Assembly (NCBI GenBank): GCA_009699465.1
Contig: WLOE01000001.1
Coordinates: forward strand, 309 to 64,308
DNA: 64,000 nucleotides
Direction of reading: 5' to 3'
Source of the DNA: Actinomycetota bacterium
Lineage (GTDB): Bacteria > Actinomycetota > Actinomycetes > S36-B12
Shown: positions 27,474-37,333 of the stretch, one piece after another
How positions within the stretch are numbered: the stretch's first letter is position 1
Layout: every line of letters begins with the position of its first letter
Program-made: the position numbers and the translations under genes
The notes under the pieces: model-generated
What the model was told of the DNA's origin: nothing
Seen by the model: only the letters and a program-made list of their open reading frames with translations
Databases searched by the model: none

Positions 27474-29688
27474 CCTGCTGTGCGGCAGTGCCTCGATCGA
27501 ATTCGCAGAATTTAGCCCGGAAGGCTTCGAGTCGCGCGTTACTTTCGGTTGATTTGAAGCTTTCCGTTGCAAAGATTTCATTGAGCTGTGCCTGATTCGT
27601 TGCCAGGGCACCTGGAGGCGTGGCCAACAAATCAAAGTACGTTCCTCGAGCATCGCAATACGCTTCCCAATCATCAGCGAAAATAACGATGGGACGATTC
27701 AAGACCGCATAATCAAACATCACTGACGAGTAGTCGGTAATTAGAATATCGGCTGCGAGATAACAATCAATGATCGATGGAAAAGTAGACCCATCGATTA
27801 CACGTCCTGAAGCAACAAGCTCGTTGATCTTTGGGCCCAAAGTGGTGGTGTGGTGGGCGCGCAGAATGAATACATATGACTCATCAACCTTACTGATTAA
27901 TTCATCAAAGTTGATTCGCAAAGAACTATCGCCTTCAACATCTCGATAAGTCGGCGCGTACAGCACAACTTTCTGATGCGCTTGAACACCAATACGCGTT
28001 CTAGCTGCTGCCATTTCATTCGGTCCAGAGTTCACTAATACGTCATTGCGTGGGTATCCAACTTCGAGCCACGTGTATTGGCATGGGTAGGCATGGCCCC
28101 ACATTTCTGTTGAATACGCGTTAGAACTAATGGCGTAATCCCAGTTATCGCTTCGCCGGAGTAGATCAGAAAATTCTTGACGGCTACGGGATGGGTCAAG
28201 TGCAACGACTTGATCCCCCTTCCGAGGAGCCACGCGCTTAGGGTCAATTGCGGAACTCGCCACAGCATTATTCATGACGTCGAGACCGCAAAATTTTAAT
28301 GGTGTGCCATGCATTGTTTGAATGACAACTTGCTCAGGCCGCTTTTTGAATGCACCCGGAAAGTTCACGTTGTTAACGAAGTACTGAGCGCGCGCGAACA
28401 CCGCCCATTGCCTCAAAGTATTTGGCGCCACGTGCTTTACGCCCGGAGGTAGCTTGCCTGTCTGGTCTTTCTCCATAATCCATACAGCTGTGAGGTGTGG
28501 CGCAAAGGTTGGCAAGGCTTCATAAATTGCCCGTGGATTACAGCCGTAGCCGCTTCCCCAGTATTCAGAAAACACCACAACATTTTTCTTGATTGGCAAC
28601 ATCCGGAAAAAGCCGTACCAAAGTCGACCAACTGCCCGAACCTTGCGAACTGTTCGACGCACAGGCCAGTAAATCTTGCCAATAAAGCGTCGAGTGGGAA
28701 CCCTGCGTTCATCTACCCAGCTATAGAGCTTGAAAGTGGTGTACGAGTTATTGCGGAAAAACTTTCCTCTGATGTTGCTCGGAAAATTCTTTCTGTGTTC
28801 TTCAGAGTGGTCGGGGTAGTGTTTTCTTGCTGAATCTGATGCCGCAGCAAAAAACCGCTTGCGCTCTGACTTTGCAATGCGTCCGCGATGGCGAATGATC
28901 GTGACGTAATGGTTCACCATGATGTCGTACAGGTGCTTGCGCAGGCCAGGGCTTACTTCAGCACGATTCGCTTCGACAAAAACACGGTCATACTGCTCGA
29001 ATACATCAAAGTGGCGTGGGCTTGGCGTTCCAAGAATGTTGCCCCCTGAACGCCGTTGACGGTAGAGCAACACCACTCGATTTAATGAGACAGCACGCTG
29101 TGCGTTCAAAAGGACTGCATAGGTGTAGGAGATGTCTTCGTACAAGCCAGTTGGGAATTGCACGCCAAGTGCTTGGAGGAAGTCACGTCGGTACGCCTTG
29201 TTGCAAGCGATCGGGAGCAAATTAAACAAGCGCCGATGATCTCTGGGTGTGAACGTCCCAACGGAAAGGTTGGCGAGGAGTTCACCACCCCAGCTCACTG
29301 CCTCTTTGCCATCCCACCACACTCGCGAATAGTTGTAGATCAAAACTTCAGGAAGATCATTACGCCGAAGTTTTTCGGCAATTGCTTTCAAAGAACCCGA
29401 CGCAAAGGTGTCGTCACCGTCAAGGAACAAGATGTACTCACCATGTGCAGCTTCAACACCGATATTTCGCGCATTGCCAAGCCCACCATTTTTTTCTAGA
29501 TGCAGTACTCGAATCCTTGCATCAGACAGAGCGAGCTCATCAGCAATCTCGCCGCTGTGGTCAGGCGTACAGTCGTCAACGATGATGATCTCGAAATCTT
29601 CGAAATCCTGAAGGAGCACCGAATCCACGGCTGCGCGCAGATATGACTGCACGCTGTAAGCCGGCACGATGATGGAGAAGAACGCCAT
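27442..29688 (-). CDS. Bifunctional GT2 glycosyltransferase / TagF-type CDP-glycerol glycerophosphotransferase
   Basis: N-terminus FSIIVPAYSVQSYLRAAVDSVLLQDFEDFEIIIVDDCTPD plus FLDGDD (GT-A/GT2). C-terminus YFVNNVNFPGAFKKRPEQVVIQTMHGTPLK and DYSSVMFDYAVLNRPIVIFADD (Glyphos_transf). ATG at 29688. The track uses an upstream TTG at 29727. Confidence 0.85.
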   Translation of the reverse strand: MAFFSIIVPAYSVQSYLRAAVDSVLLQDFEDFEIIIVDDCTPDHSGEIADELALSDARIRVLHLEKNGGLGNARNIGVEAAHGEYILFLDGDDTFASGSLKAIAEKLRRNDLPEVLIYNYSRVWWDGKEAVSWGGELLANLSVGTFTPRDHRRLFNLLPIACNKAYRRDFLQALGVQFPTGLYEDISYTYAVLLNAQRAVSLNRVVLLYRQRRSGGNILGTPSPRHFDVFEQYDRVFVEANRAEVSPGLRKHLYDIMVNHYVTIIRHRGRIAKSERKRFFAAASDSARKHYPDHSEEHRKNFPSNIRGKFFRNNSYTTFKLYSWVDERRVPTRRFIGKIYWPVRRTVRKVRAVGRLWYGFFRMLPIKKNVVVFSEYWGSGYGCNPRAIYEALPTFAPHLTAVWIMEKDQTGKLPPGVKHVAPNTLRQWAVFARAQYFVNNVNFPGAFKKRPEQVVIQTMHGTPLKFCGLDVMNNAVASSAIDPKRVAPRKGDQVVALDPSRSRQEFSDLLRRSDNWDYAISSNAYSTEMWGHAYPCQYTWLEVGYPRNDVLVNSGPNEMAAARTRIGVQAHQKVVLYAPTYRDVEGDSSLRINFDELISKVDESYVFILRAHHTTTLGPKINELVASGRVIDGSTFPSIIDCYLAADILITDYSSVMFDYAVLNRPIVIFADDWEAYCDARGTYFDLLATPPGALATNQAQLNEIFATESFKSTESNARLEAFRAKFCEFDRGTAAQQVIEQVLLQKR

Positions 29689-29776
29689 GGGTGATGAGAA
29701 TAGGCCTTGTCTCGACGACTCTCCCAAGCACGAAACTTAGAGAGGGGAAAAAGACCCGCTGTAGTAGGGTCAACAG

Positions 29777-30673
29777 GTGAATTCAGGCGGCGTAGATTGC
29801 TTAAATCCCGTTCTTGTAGGTGGAACCGGCCGTAGTGGCTCGACCATCACGGGCCAGCTCCTGGGGCAGCATCCAGATCTCTTTTTAACCGATCCACCTG
29901 AAATTCGCTTCCTTGCCAACGATCACGGTGTGGCAGAAGCGCTCACCATGACTCGCGGTGGCTGGATGACTCGCCGAAAGGCCAAGTCGGAGGCAAAATT
30001 TTGCTTGGAACGCACGAAAACCCTGTGGTTCTGGCGCGCTGCAAAAATCGGACTTCACACCTCGATCACAATCGAAGAAGTTGATGCCCTTGGTCAGGCA
30101 TACCTTGAAGACTTTGGGCGTGATCCTGTAGCCGCTTCACAAGCTTTTACCTACGCCATCATGCGCAAGGTTGCCGCTCCTGCCGAAGGTCGTCGTTGGG
30201 TAGACACCACGCCAGCAAATTCACGTATTTCAGAACAGATCGAACCGATTTACCCACAGTCCCAAGTTATCTCCATGATTCGTGATGGCCGCGACGTTGC
30301 TGCTTCCTTCGTCGCGCAGACATTCGGACCTAATGAAATTTTTGCTTCACTTCGCCAATGGGAGAAACGCTCATTACTGATTCACCAAGCAACATTAGCC
30401 AGCCGCACAGGTCGATGCATCATCGTGGACATGCTCGATCTCGTAGATCGCGATCGAGAAAACACCCTGCAGCGCATATGTGACTTTATTGACGTGCCTG
30501 TCGACCCAGGAATGAAAGCATGGTTTGACGAAACTGTTAATGCAGAGAATGCAAACGTGGGGCGTTGGCGTTCACAGTTTGATGAAGAGACAACCAAGGA
30601 AATTGACCGTGTCTATGGGGAAATGGTCGAACGTCTTCGGGCACAAGGCGTCCAGATCCCACTCGAGTCATAG
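29777..30673 (+). CDS. PAPS-dependent sulfotransferase family protein
   Basis: 298 aa. GGTGRSGSTITGQLL (5'-phosphosulfate-binding loop type) and ISMIRDGRDVAASF (3'-phosphate-binding type). GTG start. Confidence 0.7.
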   Translation: MNSGGVDCLNPVLVGGTGRSGSTITGQLLGQHPDLFLTDPPEIRFLANDHGVAEALTMTRGGWMTRRKAKSEAKFCLERTKTLWFWRAAKIGLHTSITIEEVDALGQAYLEDFGRDPVAASQAFTYAIMRKVAAPAEGRRWVDTTPANSRISEQIEPIYPQSQVISMIRDGRDVAASFVAQTFGPNEIFASLRQWEKRSLLIHQATLASRTGRCIIVDMLDLVDRDRENTLQRICDFIDVPVDPGMKAWFDETVNAENANVGRWRSQFDEETTKEIDRVYGEMVERLRAQGVQIPLES

Positions 30674-30685
30674 ACTGCACCAGTC

Positions 30686-31600
30686 ATGACGAATCCCGTT
30701 CCCACGGAAACGCGCCCAGTGCAGGTTTTCCTCCCACACCGTGCCGGCTTACCTCGTTTGGTGCCGTACTTTTCGAATTTATGGAAACGACGCCACTTCG
30801 CTGTTGAACTTTCGCGCGCATCTATGCGTTCAGCTCACACCAATACTTTCTTTGGTCAGTTCTGGCTAGTCATTGGCCCAGCACTCAATGCCGGGGTGTA
30901 CTTCCTTCTTGTCAGCGTCATTCGAGGTGGAAACGCTGGACCGGATTTCTTCATGCATCTGCTCGCTGGGCTTTTCGCTTTTAACTTCATTCAAGCCGTG
31001 ATGTCCAATGGTGCCACTTCAGTAACAAAAGGTGGCAACCTCGTGTTGAATACAGCATTTCCTCTCTTGCTGCTTCCATTCTCCGCTTTGCGCACTGCTT
31101 TCTTTAGATTTGTTCCTTCACTCATTATTTTGCTTGGGTTCTTCATTTACTTTGATTACTTCGGCGCGCAATCACAAGCATGCGACGCTGTTACTGGCGT
31201 ATGTGAAGAACTCAATACGATTCACTTCACGCCGATCATGTTCATGGCGATCCCTGCTTTACTTCTCATCTTTATCTTTGCTGCAGGTTTATCTGCCCTG
31301 ATGGCTTCTGTGCAAATTTATTTCCGTGACACCACACAGCTGCTCCCATATGCAACACGAATCTGGCTGTACCTATCACCGGTGCTCTACTACGCGGATC
31401 AAATGAAGCCTTGGATGTTGAAACTTGAGATCCTGAATCCGCTTTATCCGCTCCTTGGAATTTGGAGTGAGACTCTCGTGGAAGGCACAATTCCGCCATT
31501 GACTTGGTGGCTTGGTTCAGCTGCGTGGGCCTTTGGCTCACTCTTCATCGGTGTCTTCTTTTTCATGTCTCGCGAACGTGAGTTCGCGGTGCGAATTTAA
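30686..31600 (+). CDS. ABC-2 type polymer-export permease (TagG/Wzm-like)
   Basis: 304 aa, 6 predicted TM. Immediately upstream of the matching ATPase. N-terminal RRHFAVELSRASMRSAHTNTFFGQFWLVIGP is typical of ABC-2 exporters. Confidence 0.8.
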   Translation: MTNPVPTETRPVQVFLPHRAGLPRLVPYFSNLWKRRHFAVELSRASMRSAHTNTFFGQFWLVIGPALNAGVYFLLVSVIRGGNAGPDFFMHLLAGLFAFNFIQAVMSNGATSVTKGGNLVLNTAFPLLLLPFSALRTAFFRFVPSLIILLGFFIYFDYFGAQSQACDAVTGVCEELNTIHFTPIMFMAIPALLLIFIFAAGLSALMASVQIYFRDTTQLLPYATRIWLYLSPVLYYADQMKPWMLKLEILNPLYPLLGIWSETLVEGTIPPLTWWLGSAAWAFGSLFIGVFFFMSREREFAVRI

Positions 31601-31624
31601 TGTGCGGCGAGAAAGGAGACAACA

Positions 31625-32449
31625 ATGATCGATGAAGAAACAGGCGCAACGATTCCTGTTGCCCCAGACCGCCCAATCTCTGACGAAATTGCTATTTCGG
31701 TTCAAGAACTCGATATCACATACCGAACAACGTTCGAGAAGAAGCCAACCCTCAAGCAGGCCATCGTTCGCCTTGGTCGAGGAAAGCGCTCAGTCAAAAC
31801 TGTTGAGGCACTCAAAAATGTTTCATTTGAAGTAAACCGTGGATCAGTTCTGGGCATCGTCGGTCACAACGGAGCCGGCAAAAGCACTTTGATGCGTGCA
31901 ATTGCTGGCATCGTTCCGCCAACCAATGGCCGCATTGAAGTTGTCGGTCGGACCAGCACGCTGCTTTCACTTGGTGTTGGCTTTAACCGTGCACTTACTG
32001 GCCGCGAGAATGTGATTCTTGGCGGCCTTGCTGCTGGCTTAACAAAAGATGAGCTTGAAGATCGCTACGAACGCATCGCAGAATTCGCAGGGCTTGGCGA
32101 CTTCATTGATATGCCAATGAATACCTACTCGTCTGGCATGGGTGCTCGCCTAGCATTCAGTGTCGCTGTGCACCTGGATCCAGACATTCTTTTGATCGAT
32201 GAAGCACTCTCGACGGGTGATGCTGTATTCAAGGAGAAAGCCACAGAGAGAATGCAGGAGCTTGTTGATAACTCCAGCACCATGCTTCTGATCTCTCATG
32301 CACTACGCACAATCATCAATATGAGTACCGAATGCATCTGGCTCGATCACGGCAAACTCATGATGCGCGGCAATCCTGAAGAAGTAGTCGATGCATACAC
32401 CGAGTTTGTACATGTCAAGAAGACCAGTGCAACCATGAACGATATGTAG
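31625..32449 (+). CDS. ABC polymer-export ATP-binding protein (TagH/Wzt-like, short form)
   Basis: Walker A GHNGAGKST, signature YSSGMGARL, Walker B ILLIDEALS. Confidence 0.88.
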   Translation: MIDEETGATIPVAPDRPISDEIAISVQELDITYRTTFEKKPTLKQAIVRLGRGKRSVKTVEALKNVSFEVNRGSVLGIVGHNGAGKSTLMRAIAGIVPPTNGRIEVVGRTSTLLSLGVGFNRALTGRENVILGGLAAGLTKDELEDRYERIAEFAGLGDFIDMPMNTYSSGMGARLAFSVAVHLDPDILLIDEALSTGDAVFKEKATERMQELVDNSSTMLLISHALRTIINMSTECIWLDHGKLMMRGNPEEVVDAYTEFVHVKKTSATMNDM

Positions 32450-32451
32450 GG

Positions 32452-33975
32452 CTATTCCTCTACACGCTCAACATGCTTTGGCAAAAATTTCCATGCAACA
32501 AGTACTCCGAGAAATGAAATGATCGCCCCAATAAATAGTGCCCACGTCATACCGGTGACAAATGCTTCACCAGCCACTTGGCGATAAATCGCGCCCACGG
32601 AATCTGGGATCCGAGCAGCCTCCAGGGAAGCCGCAGCAAGGGATTCGCGCGCGGCTTCTAATGCCTGTGGTGGCAAAAGTGTGACTTTGTCACCTGCATA
32701 AGCGATGGCCTGTTCAATGTTGTGTCGATAGAAGATTGACATCGTGGCACCAAGAATCGCGACGCCGAATGAGCCACCCAGTTCGCTCATTGCATCGTTG
32801 ACTGCGGATCCCATACCTGATCGCTCAGTTGGCACGGATGCAAGAACACCGTTCGTTGCTTGAGGCAGTGTTAGGCCTAGCCCTGCGCCTATTGATCCGA
32901 AAACAAGAGCGATAACCATGTAAGGGGTGTCCGTTTGCAGGTAACTGAAAGCAAGCATCCCTGCAGTCACGATTGACATGCCAACGACCACCAGGTTGCG
33001 TGTGCCAAATCGTTCAGCGAGGCGTGGGCTCACTAGTGATGCGAGCAGTAACCCGCCTGCACCTGGCAGCACTGCAATACCTGACTCAAGCGGCGACATT
33101 CCTTTCACTAATTGCAAGAACTGTGGGAGAAAGAACATTGCACCCATCAATGCGAAATACACGAGAGCGACAATCACAATTGATGAGGAGAAAAGTCGTT
33201 CCTTGAAATACTGCATAGGCAATAGCGGGCGCGGTACGCGTTTTTCCCATAAGACGAAACCAACGAGGAATACGACCGCACAGAGAGCTGCGCCAATGGT
33301 AAATGCATCGATTCCCACTTCGGGAAGTTCGATGATCGTGACAACAAGTGCGACGAGACCCAGCCCCGAGAGAAGTGCTCCAATGAGGTCCAAACGTGGT
33401 TTGGTTTGATCAGCTGATTCCGGCACAAACATCACAACAGCCACGATCACTGCTACAGCGATCGGTGGGTTCACCCAGAAAATTGCGTGCCAAGTGAAAT
33501 GTTCAAGCAACAACCCGCCCACGATAGGGCCGATCGCAACGCCAAGCCCAGCCACAGCGGCCCATGTGCCAATGGCCTGAGCCCGTTCCTTAGGTTCCTT
33601 GAATACCTGTACCAAAATGCTCAACGTCGACGGCATGATGAAAGCGCCACCTACGCCCATCATTGCTCGGCAAAGAGTCAGTGTCGTGGCTTGGTTCACG
33701 AAGACTGCCAGTAGTGAACCCGTCGTGAAAATCACGAGGCCGACCAAGAGCATTTTTCGCCGTCCAAAACGGTCACCGAGCGAGCCCGCGAGGAGCAAGG
33801 AACCAGCAAACATCACGGAATATGCATCAACGACCCACTGCAATTGTGAGGTAGAAGCTCCTAAATCCTCTTGGAGACGGGGAAGAGCCACGTTCACAAT
33901 CGTGTTATCTAAGGAGATGATCGCGAGCGCCGCTGACAGCACGATCAGTACCGCCCAGCGATTGACCTGTCTCAT
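32452..33975 (-). CDS. MFS transporter, DHA2 (EmrB/QacA, 14-TMS) family
   Basis: 507 aa. LDNTIVNVALPRLQEDLGAS and GSLGDRFGRRK motifs characteristic of DHA2 drug:H+ antiporters. Confidence 0.8.
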   Translation of the reverse strand: MRQVNRWAVLIVLSAALAIISLDNTIVNVALPRLQEDLGASTSQLQWVVDAYSVMFAGSLLLAGSLGDRFGRRKMLLVGLVIFTTGSLLAVFVNQATTLTLCRAMMGVGGAFIMPSTLSILVQVFKEPKERAQAIGTWAAVAGLGVAIGPIVGGLLLEHFTWHAIFWVNPPIAVAVIVAVVMFVPESADQTKPRLDLIGALLSGLGLVALVVTIIELPEVGIDAFTIGAALCAVVFLVGFVLWEKRVPRPLLPMQYFKERLFSSSIVIVALVYFALMGAMFFLPQFLQLVKGMSPLESGIAVLPGAGGLLLASLVSPRLAERFGTRNLVVVGMSIVTAGMLAFSYLQTDTPYMVIALVFGSIGAGLGLTLPQATNGVLASVPTERSGMGSAVNDAMSELGGSFGVAILGATMSIFYRHNIEQAIAYAGDKVTLLPPQALEAARESLAAASLEAARIPDSVGAIYRQVAGEAFVTGMTWALFIGAIISFLGVLVAWKFLPKHVERVEE

Positions 33976-33981
33976 CTGGGC

Positions 33982-33995
33982 ACTCTATATAGAGT
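33982..33995. promoter_or_regulatory. Perfect 14-bp palindrome ACTCTATATAGAGT in a 27-bp divergent intergenic region
   Basis: Checked base by base. Centred between the MFS start (33975, minus) and the AI-2E start (34003, plus). Function unknown (operator or -10-like TATATA). Confidence 0.35.
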
Positions 33996-34002
33996 CTTCC
34001 CC

Positions 34003-35106
34003 ATGAGTGAGGAACCAAGCGCCCAAACCAAGACCACAATCAAGCTAGAACCGCGCAATATCTGGCAAATTGGCTTTGTCGTCTTAGGTGTAGTTGCCGT
34101 TGCATTATTTGCCAAATTCTTGTTGGAAGATGGCGGCTCGGTCATTTTTACCTTGCTCATGGCTTGGTTTGCCTCTATCGCCATGGAGCCTGCTGTCCGT
34201 CGCTTCGCCAAGCGAATGAAACGCGGACTCGCCACTTTGTTGGTTATGGGAATGGTCATCGCGTTCATGGTGGTCTTCACCCTGGCATTTGGTTCATTGT
34301 TCGTGGATCAAATCGCGCAACTCATCCAAGCACTTCCTGAACTCATCGATGAAGTCGTCGCTTGGGCAAATGAAAAATTCAATTCAAATTACCAACCACA
34401 AGATGTTTTGAATCAACTGAACCTCACACCTAATGATGTGGCGACATACGCAACTCAAGTGCTTGGCGGCGTATTGGGAATTCTTGGCTCAGTCGTTGGC
34501 AGTGTGTTTGGCTTGTTTACCTTCGGCTTGTTTACTTTCTATTTTTCAGCAGACGGTCCCCGCTTTAAAAAATACTTCGCTTCGCTCTTTCCTCAGCAAG
34601 CACAAGCGGGTGCAATGCAAGTGTGGACTATCACACAAGACAAGGTCGGCGGTTACGTAGCCGCTCGAGTACTTCTTGCCGCAATCAACGGTTCATCTAC
34701 TGCTTTAGTGTTTTGGATTATTGGTATGCCGTCATGGCTCGCTCTGGGTATTTGGGTTGGCATCGTTGCGCAATTTGTTCCAACAATCGGTACCTACATT
34801 GCAGTGGTATTCCCCGCAATTGTTGGATTCCTGAGTCCTAATCCTTGGATCGGTGTCATGGCCTTGGGATGGGCATTGGTGTACCAACAAGTTGAGAACC
34901 TCACCATCGAGCCGAAGATCAGTGCCCGCGCAGTCAATGTGCATCCTGCAGTTGCCTTTGCCTCCGTCATGCTTGGTGCCGCCCTCTTTGGCGTGGCTGG
35001 TGCGCTGCTCGCAGTTCCTGTTTGCGCGATGATCATTGCCTTAGGCGAAGCGAATAATGCTCGTCACACTGTGCGCGCTGATGTAGCTGCAGAGATCGAC
35101 AAGTAG
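34003..35106 (+). CDS. AI-2E family transporter (PerM/UPF0118)
   Basis: 367 aa, about 8 TM. C-terminal QQVENLTIEPKISARAVNVHPAVAF motif is typical of the AI-2E family. Confidence 0.75.
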   Translation: MSEEPSAQTKTTIKLEPRNIWQIGFVVLGVVAVALFAKFLLEDGGSVIFTLLMAWFASIAMEPAVRRFAKRMKRGLATLLVMGMVIAFMVVFTLAFGSLFVDQIAQLIQALPELIDEVVAWANEKFNSNYQPQDVLNQLNLTPNDVATYATQVLGGVLGILGSVVGSVFGLFTFGLFTFYFSADGPRFKKYFASLFPQQAQAGAMQVWTITQDKVGGYVAARVLLAAINGSSTALVFWIIGMPSWLALGIWVGIVAQFVPTIGTYIAVVFPAIVGFLSPNPWIGVMALGWALVYQQVENLTIEPKISARAVNVHPAVAFASVMLGAALFGVAGALLAVPVCAMIIALGEANNARHTVRADVAAEIDK

Positions 35107-35112
35107 CAGGCT

Positions 35113-36327
35113 TTACGAAATTACATATCCACGGTGTATGCGCATTGCCCACTTTGCTCCATAGAGACCGGCAGCAACTGCAGCAACTGCGCCTAGGCCC
35201 AATGCCCATCGTGGCCCTGCTGTCTCGGCGACCCAACCAACAATGGGAGCGCCTACGGGAGTGCTTCCAATAAAGGCAACAGTCCAAAGCGACATAACCC
35301 GGCCGCGCATTTGTGGCTCGGCATGCAATTGCACGGCGCTGTTCCCAGCGGACATAAACCAAATACTCGCTGCACCCACTGGGATCAAAGCTACGCATGC
35401 CCAAAGAACACTTGGCATGATTGCGGCACCTATAACCGCGATGCCAAAACACACCGCTGCCCAGGAAATAGCCGAAATCCGCGAACTTTGTCGAGTCGCA
35501 CTCCATAACCCACCAAAGACTGCACCTAGCCCCATCGCAGCCGACAACCAACCTAAACTTTGCGCTCCACTCGCGAATGTCTCGGATGCGAACGCAGGGA
35601 GCACGACATTAAATTCGTATGTCAGAGTTCCGACAACGGCCATCATGATGAGCGGGACCCGCAAATTGGGATTACCCGCAACATAGCGAAGTCCTTCCCT
35701 AAGTTGCCCTGGTGCGCGCTCAACCGGTTCAACAGGAATGAGTTGATCAGCTTTCATCAAGGTGTAGGCCGCGATAACACAAATGAAACTTGCCGCATTT
35801 GCAGCAAAACACCATCCAAGCCCGACAGTCGCAATCATCACTCCTGCCAGCGCTGGGCCCACTACGCGTGCGCCATTGACTACTACCGAATTGAGACTCA
35901 CTGCGTTGCGCACGAGATCACCGGGAACCATTTCGCGGATGAATGCCGATCGAGCCGGCATATCAAGCACGTAGATGAATCCGAGGAAGAGCGACAGCAC
36001 GAGAACGAGGCCGATATTCTCATGATGTGTGAGTACCAAGATTGCTAGTAATAGTGCTTGGACTCCCGACAGTGCTTGAGTCTTGATGAGTAATTTTCGT
36101 TTATCTGTCCGATCAACAAGGACACCGCCATAAGGTCCGAAGACGAGGACTGGAAGAAACTGCAATGCAACAGCAAGACCAATTGACGCAGCAGAGCCCG
36201 TGATTTCCAGGACCAGCCAAGCAATAGCAACTGATTGGATCCATGTTCCCAATAACGAAAACGCCTGCCCTACAAAGAACTTTCGATAGTTTCCTATGGA
36301 AAGCGCTGCAAAGGTCCCACGAACCAT
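35113..36327 (-). CDS. MFS transporter (DHA3/EntS-like)
   Basis: 404 aa. NYRKFFVGQAFSLLGTWIQSVAIAWLVLEITGS N-terminus, 12 TM. Start overlaps the stop of the upstream AKR gene by 1 nt. Confidence 0.75.
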   Translation of the reverse strand: MVRGTFAALSIGNYRKFFVGQAFSLLGTWIQSVAIAWLVLEITGSAASIGLAVALQFLPVLVFGPYGGVLVDRTDKRKLLIKTQALSGVQALLLAILVLTHHENIGLVLVLSLFLGFIYVLDMPARSAFIREMVPGDLVRNAVSLNSVVVNGARVVGPALAGVMIATVGLGWCFAANAASFICVIAAYTLMKADQLIPVEPVERAPGQLREGLRYVAGNPNLRVPLIMMAVVGTLTYEFNVVLPAFASETFASGAQSLGWLSAAMGLGAVFGGLWSATRQSSRISAISWAAVCFGIAVIGAAIMPSVLWACVALIPVGAASIWFMSAGNSAVQLHAEPQMRGRVMSLWTVAFIGSTPVGAPIVGWVAETAGPRWALGLGAVAAVAAGLYGAKWAMRIHRGYVIS

Positions 36328-37298
36328 TACTGGAAACCGGCAATGGCCCTAGGTGTGTAATCCTGCTCAAGGGAGGCCATGTCTTCTAGAGATAACGTCA
36401 CATCCAGTGACGCGACCGCATCAGTCAGGTGATGAGGCTTGGTTACCCCAACGATGGGTGAGGTGATTCCAGGCTTTGCCAACACCCAAGCAAGGGCCAC
36501 TTGCGCTGCAGTTACACCATGCCGAAGCGCGACTTCTGCTACCCGTTCAACAATCACTTTGTCTCCGTCGTGATAGAGCGACTGACCAAACTCATCTGTT
36601 TCGCTCCGAGCACTCACAGTGTCCCAAGGCCGAGTGAGTCGACCGCGCGCAAGTGGACTCCACGGAATGACACCAATACCTTGATCTCCACACAGCGGCA
36701 ACATTTCGCGCTCTTCTTCACGGTGCAACAAGTTGTAATGGTTTTGCATAGAAATAAACTTCGTCCAACCATGGAGTTCCGCTGTGTACTGCATCTTCGA
36801 AAACTGCCATGCGTACATCGAAGATGCTCCGATATATCGAACCTTGCCCGCTTTCACCACATCATGTAGGGCTTCCATGGTTTCTTCAACAGGAGTTCGG
36901 CGATCAAACCGATGGATTTGATACAGGTCAACGTAATCAGTCCCAAGACGACGCAAGCTGTGATCAATTTCTGTCATTACTGCCTTGCGCGACAACCCCG
37001 CAGCATTCACATCTTTTCGCATCGCACCGTTAAGTTTTGTTGCGATGACCACTTCATCACGAGGTGCAAAATCATCAAGAGCACGGCCAAGAATTTCCTC
37101 GCTGCTCCCTGCGGAGTAGATGTTAGCGGTATCGAAAAAATTAATCCCAGCATCAAGTGCGTTCTTGATGATGACCCGACTGTCTTCTTCCCTCATCGTC
37201 CAGGCATGCGGCCCGCGATCTGGAGTACCAAAACTCATTGCACCTAAGCAGATTTTTGAAACCGATAATCCTGAGTTACCTAGTTTGGCGTAGCGCAT
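36327..37298 (-). CDS. Aldo/keto reductase
   Basis: 323 aa. MRYAKLGNSGLSVSKICLGAMSFG, FDTANIYS and the IGASSMYAW pattern of the AKR11/13-like family. Confidence 0.88.
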   Translation of the reverse strand: MRYAKLGNSGLSVSKICLGAMSFGTPDRGPHAWTMREEDSRVIIKNALDAGINFFDTANIYSAGSSEEILGRALDDFAPRDEVVIATKLNGAMRKDVNAAGLSRKAVMTEIDHSLRRLGTDYVDLYQIHRFDRRTPVEETMEALHDVVKAGKVRYIGASSMYAWQFSKMQYTAELHGWTKFISMQNHYNLLHREEEREMLPLCGDQGIGVIPWSPLARGRLTRPWDTVSARSETDEFGQSLYHDGDKVIVERVAEVALRHGVTAAQVALAWVLAKPGITSPIVGVTKPHHLTDAVASLDVTLSLEDMASLEQDYTPRAIAGFQ

Positions 37299-37333
37299 GG
37301 TCAGTCACTTCCCTTGGGGTTTGGCGATCTTCA

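Noticed and set aside
35033-35551. 172-aa minus-strand ORF, together with other 100-160 aa ORFs antisense or out of frame to strong genes (e.g. 41998-42489, 2234-2674, 13840-14196, 32978-33409).
   Set aside because: Each lies fully within a longer ORF that has clear family motifs. They are Cys/Arg/Ser-rich and lack starts with ribosome-binding sites.
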